This document shows, one piece after another, positions 62,654 through 64,000 of a stretch of DNA of 64,000 nt. The notes under the pieces are model-generated. The model did not search any database. It was not told the DNA's origin and saw nothing but the letters and a program-made list of their open reading frames with translations. The stretch comes from Schmidtea polychroa. Lineage: Eukaryota. Every line of letters starts with the position of its first letter. Within the stretch, counting starts at the first letter, position 1. Location of the stretch: the NCBI GenBank assembly GCA_044892525.1, contig CM097885.1, positions 47,121,727 to 47,185,726 of the forward strand. Direction: 5' to 3'. The position numbers and the translations under genes were made by a program.

Positions 62654-64000
62654 TCGGTCAGTGAGTTTGCTTATCATCTGACCACTTTAGCAGATAAAGC
62701 CTTTGAAGTTAAACCAGACCAAGCAGATATGGCCAAGCAGGTTAAAGAGCTGTTAGAAGATCAGTTTATAACCGGAGTCCACTCCGAAATTAAAAAGGCC
62801 CTATGTTATGTGGATTTTTCCAATTTCGATGAGCTCGTGAAGAAAGCCATGAAGATAGAGCTGAATTTAAAAAGTGCAAAAAGATCAGATGCTTTTGGAG
62901 TTAATGTGGAGAGACGTGAGCGGTTAATTACGCCTGTGAGAGCACCATGGGATGAAAAGAAAATAAATCAAATCAGTAGTCCAATTTTAAGACCAAATAA
63001 TAGATTTCAAGCTAGTAGATCAGCCATGAACGTACAATCAAATGGACAGGTAAATAATCCTCAATGCGAACATTCCAAAAAGTCTGGACACTACTCAAAT
63101 CAATGTTGGTTCAAATATGGGAAAAATCCCAGCCCTAACAAGAGATTCACAGAAAACAAACGGATCAGCAGTGATGTCGAATGCTATCGATGCGGAAAGA
63201 AAGGGCATATTAGCAGAAACTGTTTCACCAGATCAAGATCATCGTCAACGTCACCTTCACCACAAAGGGACAAAGTGAATACAAATGGACAGATACAATG
63301 TCATTCGTGCAAGGGATACGGCCACATGGCGCGATCATGCCCAAGGAACTCAGAGAGATTCAGCAGACCTATATTAAAGAAATCGATCAGATTCCAAGAA
63401 GATATGCCAAACACCAGTAATATGACATATGCTCAGAGAGAGGAATTTCAAGACAAAATGGAAAAGGAATTTCGAGAAATGCGACAGAAGCTGAACAAAT
63501 TAGTGGCGAAATTTGAATCAGATGAGGAAACTGAATCTCATATGATAATTGGAACCGTGTCAGAAGGTGAGGGAAAACCTGCCACGAAAGTGCGAAAGAT
63601 CGCATCAGATGACAATCCGACTGCACTGTTAGCCCGAGTTGAAAAATGGCTTGAGAAAATGGAAACTGACAACTCCCAGTTGAAACGATGGATCGCAGAA
63701 CTCAGTGTGATGTCACTAACCCAAAGCGAACTAAAGAGAGCCATAAATTTATGTGTAAAGTTATTCAAAGGAAACAGAGACGATGAGATACTTAAGCAAA
63801 TGCAAAAGTTTGGCAAGGCTTTACGGTCAACAAGGGATTTAGCTGATATCATAGTGGAAACGACGGGACTTGATAATGTGAAGTGCCAATTCCGTGTAAA
63901 TGCCTACGGACAAATCAGAGAGCTAAAGGAGCGAATACTGCGTCAATACAGCGGATGGCAAGCGCAATTAAAATTTGAGAATCGATGTCTGGAAGACGAG
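62654..64000 (+). CDS. gag: LTR-retrotransposon Gag-like ORF (5' end missing, runs off window) with three zinc knuckles, coiled coil and ubiquitin-like segment
   Basis: Open frame from 62633 to the window end, absent from the ORF track: SVSEFAYHLTTLADKA, DQFITG, CEHSKKSGHYSNQC, CYRCGKKGHISRNC, CHSCKGYGHMARSC. Confidence 0.85.

Noticed and set aside
63387..63852. Minus-strand ORFs of 79 and 104 aa
   Set aside because: Antisense shadows of the Gag ORF.

Overview
Very AT-rich animal genomic DNA with ~50-nt introns; a planarian-like flatworm is my inference. There are two host genes: a spliced PITP gene (minus strand, 3610-8083) and a p62/SQSTM1-like PB1-ZZ-UBA gene (minus strand, 60041-60906). 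The rest is a stack of nested mobile DNA. The centrepiece is a 29-kb element (30093-59133) with Polinton-type AGTAG ends, identical 30-bp terminal inverted repeats and a 6-bp TSD (AATGTT). It is almost entirely a non-coding palindrome: ~7.3-kb near-identical arms around a ~0.9-kb spacer. It inserted into an older copy of its own arm sequence. Its right arm carries an 11-kb Polinton/Maverick (41910-52959; 333-bp TIRs, TSD TTGGTT), and the matching empty site is preserved in the left arm. The Polinton encodes pPolB (split by one TAG), a stand-alone pPolB C-terminal paralog, penton, adenain protease, pX-like, fiber-like and membrane proteins and a truncated packaging ATPase, but no integrase or major capsid gene. 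Also present: hAT, Tigger, MULE, piggyBac and Helitron derivatives, a minimal hammerhead ribozyme antisense in a PITP intron, and a Gag ORF with a ubiquitin-like segment running off the right edge. Protein assignments come from motif recognition by eye, not database searches.
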